Positions 24,724 through 37,680 are shown, counted from the first letter of the stretch. The stretch is 64,000 nucleotides of DNA from Leucoraja erinacea (GCF_028641065.1 NC_073406.1:6014001-6078000); one strand, 5' to 3'. Numbers and translations are program-made. Notes: a model not told the origin generated them from the letters alone.

Positions 24724-26916
24724 ATAGGTGCTGATGTTCCCTTGTGCCGACTGCTCATGTCTGTAGGTTTGGGAGATGCTGGTAGAGTGTGGCTGGGGTG
24801 AGTAACCATATCCTGCCATTGGATTTGGGAGCAACGCTATTGGCCAGGACTTGCCGGCAGTTATTTCAACGGCTGATTTCTTACCTGTATAAAGGCAGGA
24901 AGCCAGAGTTAGTTTATGTACGAGAGGGTTCGCTGATGGGCTGAATCGCCATCAGCTCCAGAGAGAGAGAGGACCCTGCGTAAACCAAGACAAGTATTTT
25001 TTTTGTTCTCTCTCTTGCCAATAAATCTGATGTGGTCATGTAAGAGAGGGGTTCATCGATGGGCTGAGTCTTGATCAGCGCCACAGATGGAGGCAGAGAC
25101 AGAGAGACAGAGGGACAGAGAGGTGGGCTGCTGTAAACCTGACCCCGCGCATACCGAGACAGTATTGTTTTTGTTCTCTCTTGCCAATTAAACTGATTTG
25201 TAACTAAACAGACGAGTGAGCCTTTTTCTGTTCCGCTAGTCAGATCCTTGAACCTGGTCCCTTGAAACAACCTGGGACATTGCCCTGAAGGAATTCCTGC
25301 AGTGAATTCTTGGGCAGGGATGATTGACCTCTGAGGTCCACAATAGTTTTCCTTTATGCGAGGTAAAACACCAGCCACTGGAGTATTTTCCTTTTAGTGT
25401 CCATTGACTTCAGGTCATATTGAGTGACATACACTCAAAGGGCACTTTAATGTAAGGCTGTCACCTCACCTCCAGAATTCAGTTCTTTAGTCCAGGTTTG
25501 AACCTAGGCTGTGATGAGGTCAGGACTTGAGTGGTCCTGGCAAACACCAAAGTGTGCATTGACGAAGGGTTTATTGGTTAGTAAGTGCTACTTATTTACT
25601 GCTAATAGCACTGTTAATTCTCATCAAATTGTTCTATCAAAAGCAGAGATTGTGGGATTTAGTTGGGCATCAAGGAAATGCTTGTTCATACTGTATATGG
25701 CACCATTCACTAATGTGGCAGCCAATATGCATGGCAAGGTCCTCTAAACCAGCAATGTAATTAAGTTTAGATATTATGTTTGAGGGAGGTGATTGAGGAT
25801 AAGCAGAGCCATGAATATTTATACAATTATTTAATCAAACAACAGAGAAGAAGGCCAAATGGCACATGTTATCTTCAGACGGTATACCCTTGTTCATCAG
25901 ATAGCATTGAGATGGTTTTCATCTACCGGAGAGATTGAATATCTTGATTTTATATCAAATCTGCAAAAAAACATCCTCAACAATGTAGCGATGTGCTACA
26001 TCATCAGTTTAGATCATTAAAGTGTGCTGAGAATTCACAACCAAAACCCACTCAGCTGTCAGCATGAATCCAGAGTAAAAGCATGAAAATGCAACTCAGG
26101 ATAGAATGCCTTAAACAATAGTTTAAATAAATCACAGAGCATGCTTGATTGATCAGACTAATTTAATTTACAGTATAATCCTGATTGCATGCTAGCAGGG
26201 GAGAATTCACATTTCATTACCTCCAGCGTTGATTTGGCCGAATATGATAGAATCACGCAGCATGTAAACAGGCCATTAGGCCCAATTCATACATGCTGCC
26301 TAATTAGCATCCTATATTAATCTCATCGCCAGTACTTGGTCCATAAACGATTCAATTACTCTTCCAGACATTTTTTCCATTCCATCAATGACCCAGCTTC
26401 AACCACTCTCTCAGGCAATGCATTTCCGGTACACAGGTTATGTATGCCTGACTTACAGACACCCCTACATACGATCAAGCTCCCATAATATTATTAATAT
26501 AAGTTTGACGCATGTACATATGTTTGCTTCTGTGAATGGCAGAACTGGTTGCTTCCCCACTCACCAATTTTAGTATTTGTTCTTTATTACAATACTGTGG
26601 CAGTATCATTATCGCATCGTAATTTTTGCCTAGTGTCTGAAGTGCAGACAAAATCAACTTATGGATGTCTGTACAAACAGAACCTATTCATCACCCAGGG
26701 ATGGCCTGTACTTACCACTCTCTGATAAAGAAGATCATGCTCACTTCACCCTTACCCTAAACCAATGTCCTCTAGTTTTATCTATCTTTGATACGCTGAA
26801 AAGACACGAGATGAACATGAACACCTTTAGGGCAGAAAGAGATGAAAGGCCACCACATTTCCAGATGAAAAAATGGTATTAGATGTGTTGACTGACTGCT
26901 TATGCTTTTCACACAG

Positions 26917-27144
26917 TGACTTGTGGACCAGGTTCTTATAGCCCCAATGGGACATCCATCTGTATTCCATGTCCAAACAATTTTTACCAACATAGATTTG
27001 GCAGGACGCAATGCATGGCTTGTCCTCTAGGCCTTAAAACAAATGGAGAGGGAGCAATATCTTCAACTGATTGCCATAATGCTAGGATTCAAGAAAGGAT
27101 GTTGGACTTCAAATCAGAAAAGTCTAGAGTGAATGATTCAACAG
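26917..27144 (+). CDS. ZPBP-family protein exon 7 (Cys-rich ephrin-receptor-like/GCC2-GCC3 repeat plus stalk)
   Basis: acacag|VTCGPGSYSPNGTSICIPCPNNFYQHRFGRTQCMACPLGLKTNGEGAISSTDCHN...NDST|gtaata. Confidence 0.85.
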
Positions 27145-27166
27145 GTAATAGCAGGATCAATGTAAT

Positions 27167-27540
27167 GGATCTTATAGAAACATATAAAATCCTTAAAGGA
27201 TTGGACAGGCTAGATGCAGGAAACATGTTCCCGATGTTGGGGGAGTCCAGAACCAGGCGTCACAGTTTAAGAATAAAGAGTAGGCCATTTTGGACTGAGA
27301 GGAGCAAAAACCTTTTCACCCAGAGTTGTGAATCTGTGGAATTCTCTGCCACAGAAGGCAGTGGAGGTTTTCAAGAGAGAGTTAGATTTAGCTCTTAGGG
27401 CTAAAGGAATCAAGGGATATGGGGAAAAAGCAGGAACGGGGTACTGATTTTAGATGATCAGCCTTGATCATATTGAATAGCGGTGCTGGCTCGAAGGACT
27501 GAATGGCCTACTCCTGCACCTATTTTTCTAGGTTTTCTAA
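27167..27540 (+). mobile_element. CR1/HER1-type LINE 3' end
   Basis: DLIETYKILKGLDRLDAGNMFPMLGESRTR...ggcctactcctgcacctatttttcta. Confidence 0.85.
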
Positions 27541-28231
27541 TCTGCATAATATTTATACAATGCCCTGTCATCTGCTAATGAGTATTATTTTCATAACTTT
27601 ATGTGCGGAAGAGAAATAATCATATTTGACCATTATCCAGCACAGGAATGTCAATGTTTCTGATAAATCTTGTGATATAAATGATCTATTGCATGGGGCA
27701 TAGAGTGTAAAAATAGGGCAATTCTGATGCAACTTTACAAGACACTGGTAAGACCACACCTGGAGTACTGTGCATAGTTTTGGTCTTCATGTTGAATGAG
27801 GATGTGTTTGCATAAGATGCAATGCGGAGAAGTTTCGTTAGGTTGACTCCTGGGTTGGAGATGCTGAGATTGAGCAGATTGGTCTATACTCATAGGAGAA
27901 CAGAAGAATGAAGACAATGTCACTGAAATATAAGACACTGAGGGGGAATTGATGGATGGATGCTGAGAAGATATTTCTTCAGAATTTGGGTTATTCATTT
28001 CAGAGGGAGATGAGGAAGAATTCTTTGCCCGCAGAGAGCAATCAATCTGCATAAAATGTAGATGCAGTCATTGAATATTTATTCAAGGCAAAGACTGACA
28101 GATATTTAGACTAAAAGGCAGTTAAGGGATATGGTGAGAAAGCAGAATGTTAAGGCCAAGACTGGATCATCCAGGTATTAATTTAAGGGCCTATTTCTGC
28201 TCCTGTTTCTAATTTTCTTCTGTTCTTCCAG

Positions 28232-28328
28232 CTCCAAAGGACGAAAGGCACAATTCCACTCATTTCATGATAACTATTGTTGTGTGCAGTCTGGCATTCT
28301 TGGGAACCACTGCTCTAACAATATACTG
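28232..28328 (+). CDS. ZPBP-family protein exon 8 (transmembrane helix)
   Basis: Long polypyrimidine tract then ttccag|APKDERHNSTHFMITIVVCSLAFLGTTALTIY|gtgagt; phase 1 to 2; hydrophobic run of about 21 aa. Confidence 0.78.
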
Positions 28329-31022
28329 GTGAGTGAATCCTGTGATGATCAGATGTTTAATGTGAAATCTAAATGAATTTGGAAATGGTGGAAGAGATCT
28401 TCCCCAATTCTCATGAATAAGACTTGTGAGGGGGGGTGGGGGGGGGGGGGAAGAAAAATAAAGTGTTGGTTAAAAAAAAAACAAATGGAGGGCAAAACCA
28501 TAACTTGCAATCAGTCCAAAGCAACATGCAAGGGGAGATTGAAAGAGATAACTGAGGTGAAATAGAGAAGGAGGGTTGATTAGGAAATTCCAGAACGTGT
28601 ACCCAGGGAAGAGATTTTTATTGTGCCTTTTATGACCCTTATTGGTCCTCTCTGAGATCGCATGTTGTGGAATAGTGGCACTGGCAGATCAGAGCACTCG
28701 GTCCACAGCAACGTCTCATAAACAGCAGTGTGATAATGGTCTGATAATTTGCGATGTGGTTGAAGTACGTGTCAGTATAGTTTAGGATGCCATTCCGAAA
28801 TGCCCAGCTTTGTCCACACTTTTCCGTGCATCCGTGACAGCAGATAAGGACTCTGCTTATACCTCAACTTAAAAGCCAAACCTCTAACCATGCAGCATCC
28901 CACAGAACACCAGCATCTCACCTGAAGGGTCACAACCTAAAACATTGTCTGTGCATGTCCCTCCACAGATGCTGCCTAACCTGTTGAGTTCCGACAGCAG
29001 TTTGTCTTTTGGGAGCTTAGAAACTGACTGATAATGCTACCCTTATGTATTTTCAGAAGACGTTTGACAAAGTCCCACATAAAAGGCTGGTTTGAGGCCC
29101 ATGGGATAAAGGGTGAGTGGGTACATGAATGAAAAACTGAGAGCAGAAATCAATGGCAAAGGTTGTATTTCAGTTTGGAGAAGGGTGGAAGTTTTCCAGC
29201 AGTCAGTGAAAGAAGCATTTTATTTTCATGATGTGGAATATGAAAGGTCACATTTCAAAATTGATCTTCTTAAAATATTGAGGTGTGGAAAACAATGAAG
29301 CCAATAATTGTCAATAAGAGGAAATAGATTCAGTGGCAACATGATTGACATGACAGATACAATTTAATACCAAGAACCATGATGAGAAAAAAAACCGACT
29401 AATGGTGTTAAAATAATGGTCATGATATATGCACCACTCTAACACGTTTTAGAAATTCTATAAACAGTACAAACTTCAATTGCAAAGTTCCTGTTGGGTT
29501 CCTTGTTCGATACGCTCACTTTACTCAACTCATTCCCTGCTCTGCCCGTTTCCATCTCCTACCCAAAATTCACAAACAGGACTGCCCATGATAGACCCTT
29601 TGTTTCTGCCTTCTCTTGCCCCACCAAACTCATGCCCCCACTCTATCTTGCTGCCCCCTTGTCAACTCCTCACATGCTCCCCACCACTTCAAGAACTGGC
29701 AATTCCTTGGCCTCCGTTGCCTCATCTTTACCGTGGATATCCACTCCAGGTCCTTTACACTTCTATTCTCCATCAGAAAGGAGTCAGGCCCTCCGTTTCT
29801 TCCTATTACAGATACACAACTAGCTCCCCTTAATTAACACCCTCCTCTGCCCAGCTGAACCCGTCTTCACCCTCAACTTCTTTTCTTTTGTTTCCTCTCA
29901 CTTTCTTCGAATCAAAGTCTGAAGAAGGGTCCCGACTCGAAATATCACCTTTCCACATTCTCCAGAGATGCTGCCAGATCCACGGAGTTACTTCAGCACT
30001 TTGCGTCTTTTGAAAATAAAAATAGCATGGGCCCAAGCTCAGCCTATAGTTTCATTGTTACCATTCCTCAACCTTTTCTCCCGTATATCGCCGACTGCTC
30101 CTGTACCCATGCAGATCTCCTCAATTTTATCAACCCTACCACCAGCTTCCACCTCGGCCTCAAATTCTCTTGAACTATGTCTGACACCTCTTTTCCTTTC
30201 TTGATCTCTGTCTCCATTTCAGGAGACCTATTATTCCTAAACATAGAAAATAGGTGCAGGAGTAGGCCATTCGGCCCTTCGAGCCAGCATCACCATTTAA
30301 TATGATCATGGCTGATCATCCAAAATCAGTACCCCGTTCCTGTATTTTTGAGTGCTATCTCTTTCAGTAGCAAAATTCAGGGATTAATAAAAGCTGTGAA
30401 AAAAACTAAGAATTGTTGTTTTTAAATCAGACCAGAAAGCTTTTTAGTTTAGTTGAGAGTTAAGAGTCAATTTCTTAAGGGGTGCCAAGACACTTGGAAA
30501 TGTGTCCATTGAGAGTCAAGCTGATCCACTGCGCTACTGTGCCACCTTGTGTCTCAGTGCAGGTCCTAGAGGGCATGGAAGAGATTCAATAGAACAATTC
30601 ATTAAAAAAAGAAATTCAGCTAATCCTCCTTTGAGCAAAGAAGAGTGAGGAGATTTGATATAAGTGTACAGGATTATGGTGGATTCAGATAGGGTAAATT
30701 GAAGGCAGCTTCTTATCACCAACACGTTTCAAATTGAGAAGGTTCAGATTAAAACTAATGGGTAAAGGTGCAGGAGGGATCAGGGGTGGTTGAAAAAAAC
30801 CCCCTTCATTTTCAAAGATAGAGAGTATTGATGATCTGGAAATTGTAATGGACTTTCCAACGTGGGTATGGAGGAATGGAACCGAATTAATTGTTTGAAA
30901 GGGATCTTTTTCATTAATGGTTATAATGTCTGGTATAAGTCTCGAATGGGCAACCTTTGATTCAACAGAGCAGAAATCGGCAATTGATAGCTAAGTTGCT
31001 GACTACACTCAGATGGTAAAAT

Positions 31023-31326
31023 CAGGGGCGGATTAACCATTAAGCAGACTAGGCACGTGCTTAGGGCACCAGGGCCAAAGGGGGCACCACAAAGTTGGGA
31101 AAAGGGTGAAAAGAAAAAAAAAAAAACAGATGAAGATTTGTAAATGAAGATAAAACTAGTGCAAATTGATCATAATGTTCTGTTTCTTGATCATGGTGCA
31201 CCCTAGGGTTATCTTCCCAGGTGTACCACAAGGTCAACAACTAAAATGGACTGGTCAGTGTGGAAAGGAGGAGGGCGCCAAGATTGGTCAGTGCTTAGGG
31301 CACCAGTGAGCCTTAATCCGCCCCTG
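31023..31326. mobile_element. Non-autonomous hAT element
   Basis: TIR CAGGGGCGGATTAA / TTAATCCGCCCCTG; perfect 8-bp TSD GGTAAAAT at 31015-31022 and 31327-31334. Confidence 0.88.
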
Positions 31327-31806
31327 GGTAAAATAGCTATCAACATCCAGACAATTTTTATAGCACGCTTCCAGTGTCCTACTGGTAAATAAAATCAACA
31401 AGCTTCAACATATGGAGGTACAAGAGACTATAGGTGCTGGAATCTGAAGCAACAAACAATATGCTGGAAGAACTCAGCAGCTTGAGAAGAATGTGGGAAC
31501 GGTAAGGAATTCTCGACATTTCAGGTCAAAACCCTCCATCAGGGCAGAATGGAAAATGAAGACACTCATGGTAAAGAGGAGAGAATAAGGGGCGAGACAG
31601 AGCCAGAAGGTGATTTGCAGACTAAGGAGGACTGAAGGTTGACAGGCAGATGGAGGCAGGTAGTGAGTGAAGTGCAGGTGCAACAGGGACAGGTCCTTAT
31701 CCTCCCAAAACATCAGATATCTCCAAATATTTGATTCCCATCTTGGTCACCTTGTATCCCTAAACTGTCAAATATTCCAGTAATCCTTGTGTCCGTATGT
31801 TTGCAG

Positions 31807-31963
31807 CCTGGTGACATTCCTATGCAAGGATAAGGATGCCACTGCCAATCAGCCTGCACTTAGAGTGAAGGAGACGGAAAATGCAAACCTGAAAAACATC
31901 AGATCTTCCACACACCACATGCCAATGAAAGCAGATCAGAACAGGGGAACGTGGTTCAAATAA
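31807..31963 (+). CDS. ZPBP-family protein terminal exon (end of TM, cytoplasmic tail, stop)
   Basis: ttgcag|CLVTFLCKDKDATANQPALRVKETENANLKNIRSSTHHMPMKADQNRGTWFK*; phase 2 fits exon 8; AATAAA 5 nt after the stop. Confidence 0.68.
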
Positions 31964-31968
31964 CAAAG

Positions 31969-31974
31969 AATAAA
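31969..31974 (+). terminator. Candidate polyadenylation signal of the ZPBP-family gene
   Basis: AATAAA immediately downstream of the predicted TAA stop at 31961-31963. Confidence 0.45.
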
Positions 31975-34900
31975 AGCAGCATTAATTGAGAGCAACATGA
32001 ACAGAAGGCGAGCAGCTGACCTCGGAGAGATAAAAAAAACTGCAGGAGAACACAGCTGGGACAAAGCAGGAAAACAAAGAACAAGAATTTACAAGGGATA
32101 CAATGGCGAGTGTTCAGGAGGTGGAGCTAGCAGAGAGCAACAAAATGAAAGAAGCTCTTCTGCGCGCGAGTGTGTGCGTGCGTGTGCGTGTGTGTGTGTC
32201 TCCGTCCGTCCTTTGTATATTTCTGTTGCCATATGGTTGCATGGATATGGCCATATTGTTCTGTCAATGTTTGTGTGGCTGTATTGAGAGCATTTGTGTG
32301 CTTGGTCTCTCCCCATCTGTGTGTGATTCTCTGTAACTCTGATATATATGTGTCTATGTGTCACTCTGTATATATATATATATATATGTCCGTGAATGGG
32401 TATGTGTGCATGTTTGGGACTAAATGTACAAATTTGTGGAAACTTCTGAGTGGGCTTGGGAGTATTTTTTACTATTTGCCTTTGTTCAGTTAAGAATTGA
32501 GAGGGGTAAGCAATGAGTCCTGTTAGATATTCTCCTCTAATGTGGATAATTCCAGGAGCTCAGAGAGAGAGAGAGAGAGGAAAATAAATTGAAACTTATA
32601 CAAAGAATGGTTTGGAAATTCTGCTTTTTAATTTCAAGCCAAACCTTTTTCCTGGAGTGGAAATGTCCAACACTAGAGGGCGTAGCTACAAGGTGTGAGG
32701 GAGAAGGTTCCAATGGTGATGTGTCGGGCAAGAGTGGTGGGGGCCTGGAATACATTGTCGGGAGTGGTGGTGGTGGTGGCAGATATAGTCATAGAGTGAT
32801 ACAGTGTGGAAACAGGCCCTTCGGACCAACTTGCCCACAATGGCCAACAATGTCCCAGCTACACCAGTCCCACCTGCCTGCGCCTGGTCCATATCCCTCC
32901 AAACCTATCCTATCCATGTACCTGTCCAACTGCTTCTTAAACAATGGGATGGTCCCAGCCTCAACTACCTCCTCTGGTAGTTCTGTTCATGGTTTCCCCT
33001 CAGATTCCTATTAAATCTTTTCCCCTTCACCGTCAACCTATGTCCTTTGGTTCTCGATTCCCCTACTCTGGGCAAGAGGCATCTGTGCATCTAGCAAGAG
33101 ACTCTGACTATGGGAACCGACCTGCCAGCTCCGACCAGACCTGAATTCCAGAGCCCCGGTCTCTGGCATCAAATTCGACCCACCAATCGCGCAGAAGTCC
33201 CGATGAGGTCAAGATTGGCTGCCTCACCCATCCTAGGCACCACAATTTCAGGGGGACTCGGGGTAATTTTGTCTGGGTTAAAGTTGCAGGAAAATCGGAG
33301 GTGGACCTGTATTATACTCAGTGTCTTCATGCAAGTCATCGATAAAGATTGCAAATAGCTGACGTTCAAACATGGTTCCTTGCTGTACCCCAGTGGTTGC
33401 CACGTGCCAAGACAAAAAATACCCCTTTATTTCTAGTCCGGTTTCTGTCCAATCAACCCTCAATCTAAGAGATTAAATTGAGCATCAAATGCAGGTTAAC
33501 CATAAACCTGTAATTACAGATTCAACATCGATTTTCCTGCACCCTTGTTTCTAGAGAATTTCTGATTAATCGATTTTCTGGACCAACAGAGGTCACGTGA
33601 CACCCATGGTCCTCTAATGCCACCCCTCCTGTTTCTCTAAAGCACCGTGGTGTGCCAGAAATGTAAATAAAACAAATATAAAATGTAAACTGAATGTGAA
33701 CTGTTGTTGTAACAGCTGGGGAGAGTGCTTTCTTCGCCCCCCCCCTCTCCCTCCCACCACCCACGCCCCGTCCTCCTCTTTCCTCCTGGAGCCGCCAACA
33801 GACTCCATCTTGGGAGTGACAGCAAGTGAGAGGGGAGAAGGCCCAAGGTGTCTGAGTGTTTTCTGTGTGTGGGGGCCCCACTGAAGCACTGTTCCCGGGG
33901 AGGGTGGGGCTACAACGCGAGCCGCTACAACAGCCTGTGGACCAGTGGTGTCAGAAGCTGGGGCTCTACATGGCCGGGGAGACGGTGTGGGCCGGGGATG
34001 GGTCGGCAGGTCTGTCCGCTATATCCGACATCTGTTATAGAGGGGTTGTTGAAACAAGGGTTTGCAGTATTGCCTTTACGAAAGAGTTTGGAGAGAATAT
34101 TGAGGGAATAGTTGATTCTTTGACGACCAGAAAGAGCACTCGCCACTCGCAATGCCACCTGTGGGCGCTTAGGGAATTGCAACTGAGCTCTCGTAATTTT
34201 TCCAGATCATAGGGATGGGTGCCGGAAAATTGGTGTTCAAGCTGTAGTACATCTGCCTTCCTTCCTGCCCAATCTATGACCAATAATATAAAATATAAAA
34301 AGTGTAGAGGATATCCTGTAAATCATTAGAGATTAATGTGGGGTTATAGAACCGAGTTAAGAAAGACAGATAACTCTTCATAGTGGGTGAGCACTCTTGA
34401 GTAAGTATGATAAGAAAAACTGAACAGATTAGAATAAAGCCAGGTTGATGGGAGCAGGGCAGATGAATGGCAACATAATCAAGAGAGAAGATGATAGGAA
34501 AAAGCTAAAACGGGAAAACCTTGGAAACAATGAGAACTGAATGTTAACGGATCAGCATAATTAGGGGGTCAAGTCTTGTGGTTGTTGAGTTAAGAAATAA
34601 TTTGCTGTAAATATGGATAAAAGTACTGTACTAATTGCTGATGGAAGTGTGAACGGGCACTGTGCTAGGAAAGAATGAGGCAATGGTCAGACCAGGACAT
34701 ATGAGGTCACCTGGATGGCTTGGTGTTCTGGGCAATCTGACTTTGTTTTCATTCACTTGACTTGCAAAAAGAGCATTCACTCCCAATGGGATCAAACAGT
34801 TGGAAAAGTGGCTCATGTTCAAAACGTTACAACATTTTCAAATATTTATTAACTAACATGGAAATGATTAAACAATTTATTATGTACTAACATTTCTTGC

Positions 34901-35814
34901 ATTACATTGAAGTGTTTATAATAAAGGGTATTTTATAATAGTCATGTCATCATCATGCCTATTTTTCCTTTACTTAGAATCACTCTGTATATGTACGTTT
35001 CTTCTGGGAATGAATGAAACAAACTGTCAATTCTCATACCAAACCCCAACTAAGCATTAGGAAGATTAAAGACATTCCCGTCTGCTGCAAGCTCCATATT
35101 CTTCCTTTGGCATTTTAACTCTGAACTAGACCATTTACAAACTCTGAATTCAAGCCAATGAATTCAATGCCACCTTAACAATCTTCACAAAATCCTTCAA
35201 ATTCAATGCTACTATAAGCATAACACAAACTAAAGAGCCCTTCAGCCCACAATATCTGTGGCATTCACAATGCTAAATTAATCCAACCCCCTTTGCTTGC
35301 ATATCCCTCCATTCACTGCATATCCATGTGCCCATCTAAAAGCCCCTTAAATGCCATTATATGCTTCCACCAGCACCCCTGGCAGTGAGTTCCAGACACA
35401 CACCGCACCGCTCTCAATGTAAAAAACGTGCTCTGCACACTTCCTTTAAATGTTTCTCCTCTGACCTTAAAATTATGTCCTCTACTCATTTCCACTGTTG
35501 GTAAATGATTGTGATTGTTTCCCCCTATCTATGCCTCTCATAACTTTATGAATTTCAATTAGGTTGTCCCCTCAGCCTCTGAAGCTCCAGAGAAAACAAT
35601 CCAAGCTTGTCCAACCTCCCCTTACAGCCAATACACTCTAATCCAAGCAGCATCCCACTAAGCCTCTTCTGCAAACTCTCCAGTTTCTCCACATCCTTCC
35701 TGTAATGGGATGAGCAGAACTGTACATAATATTGCAAACCTAAAACTGCAAAATGACTTCCTGACTCTTGTACTCTGTGCCCCGACTGATGAAGACAAGC
35801 ATGTCATACACCTT

Positions 35815-37680
35815 GAGAAGACTCGGAGTGTTGGAGTAGCTCAGCAGGTCAGGCAGCATGTCAGGAGAACATATATTGGTGACGTTTCGGGTCGGGACCC
35901 TTCTTCAGTCTGATCCATTCCCCACCAGGAAGGTCTCAAGACCCTTGGTTCTTCCTTGAACAGAGAACCAATCAGTTCTACTCCACTAACACTCTCCTCT
36001 GCCTGGCAGACTTGTCCTCACACTCAAGAACTTTTCTCACTTTCTTTTAAGTTGAAGGTGTAGCCATGGACACTGGCATGGGTCCCAGCTATGCCTGCCT
36101 TTTTGTCGGTTATGCCGAAAATCCTTGTTCCAATGGTACACTGGCACCATCCTCCAATTCCTTCAATGCTACATCACCGACTGCATTGAGGCTGCCTCGT
36201 GTAGTCATACAGAATTTGTGGATTCCATTAACTTTATCACTAACTCACCTTGTTCTCAAATTCACTTGGACTATCACTCCCCTTTCTTGATCCGTTTCCA
36301 TTTCAGGGGACTGACTATTGACTGATGTCTGCTATAAAACAAATGACCCACCAATGACCGTACAGTTATCGGGACTATTTCTCCTCCAACCCCGTCTCGT
36401 GCAAAGATGGCATCTCTTCAATGTGATCGCACCACCAGTCACGTCTTCCCTTCCCCACCTCTTACCACTCTCCGCTCCCTCTGCAACTCCTTGGTTCACT
36501 CATCCCTTGCCACTCAAGACACACCATCCACAGGTACTTTTGCTTGCAACCACAAGAGATGTAATACCTGTCATTATACCTCCTCCCTCACATCCACCCA
36601 GAGACCCCAGCAGTCCTTCCAAATCCACATGCACCTCCTCTAAACTCATCTTCTGCATTTGATGTTCCCAATATGGTCTCCTTTACATCACCAACCATTT
36701 CACTGAATACTTGCTTCAGTCCACCAAGGCCTGCTGGATCTGCCAGTTCCTAACCATTTTAATTCCCCTTCCTAGACTGACCTTTCCATTCCTGTGCCTC
36801 CTCCATTGCCAGAGTGAGAGCACGTGCAGAATCCAGGAACAATACTGGATACCGAGTTGGATGATCAGCCATGATCATATTGAATGGCGGTGCAGGCTCG
36901 AAGGGCCGAATGGCCTACTCCTGCACCTAATTTCTATGTTTCTATGTTTCTAATACCTCATATTCTGCCTGGGTAGCTTACAACCGAATGGTATGAATAT
37001 TGAGTCACCATGTTTTAGGTAACCACCTTTCTTCCCCTCTCTACATTCTTCCCCTTCACTTCCTGGTGTCCCACCTGGTTGCTTTCTCTTTCACTCGACC
37101 CCCTTCTACCGATATTCCTTCCTCTGGCTTCATATTTCATGCCTCTTCTACCCTTATCTCATTCTTAGGCTATTTGTCTTTTCATCTTTAGACTTAAATT
37201 TACTTTAGACCAGAGATACAGCGTAGAAACAGGCCCTGTCTGTGCCGACCAGCGATCACTCTGTACACTAGTTCTATCCTACACATTAGAGACAAATTAT
37301 TATTTACAGCAGCCAATTGACCTATAATCCTGTCCAGCTTTAGAGTGTGGGAGGAAACCGGAGCACCCTGAGAAAACTCACACGGTCACAAGGAGATGTA
37401 CAAACTCCATACAGACAGCACCTATAGTCAGGACCGAACCCGGGCCTCTGGTGCTGTAAGGCAGCAATTCTACCGCTGCACTCTGTTCCACCCAGTTATG
37501 TCTCTGGCCTTCGTCCAACCATTTGCCGATCAAAATTCCTCTTCACCTGCATCCATTTATCTGTTGCCAACTTTGCCTTGCCCTCACCTCCCTTCCAGTT
37601 TTCTCTCTCACCAACTACAATCAGTCTGAAGTGGGGACCAACCCGAAATGTTGCCCACCAATGTTCTCCCGAGATGATTT
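35815..37680 (+). mobile_element. Degenerate Penelope-like element with inverted 5' terminal repeat, interrupted by a LINE tail and a SINE
   Basis: GVAMDTGMGPSYACLFVGY (RT) and CNHKRCNTC; minus-strand terminal repeat at 35815-35912 and a plus-strand degenerate copy at ~37620-37677. Confidence 0.8.
35881..35908 (-). ncRNA. Minimal hammerhead ribozyme core, intact
   Basis: Reverse complement CTGAAGAAGGGTCCCGACCCGAAACGTC. Confidence 0.72.

Noticed and set aside
24914-25378. 154-aa minus-strand ORF in a ZPBP-like intron
   Set aside because: It overlaps a low-complexity duplicated repeat and has no domain features.
33848-34212. Overlapping 87-118 aa ORFs in a GC-rich stretch
   Set aside because: No recognisable protein similarity or consistent splice sites; treated as a regulatory candidate only.
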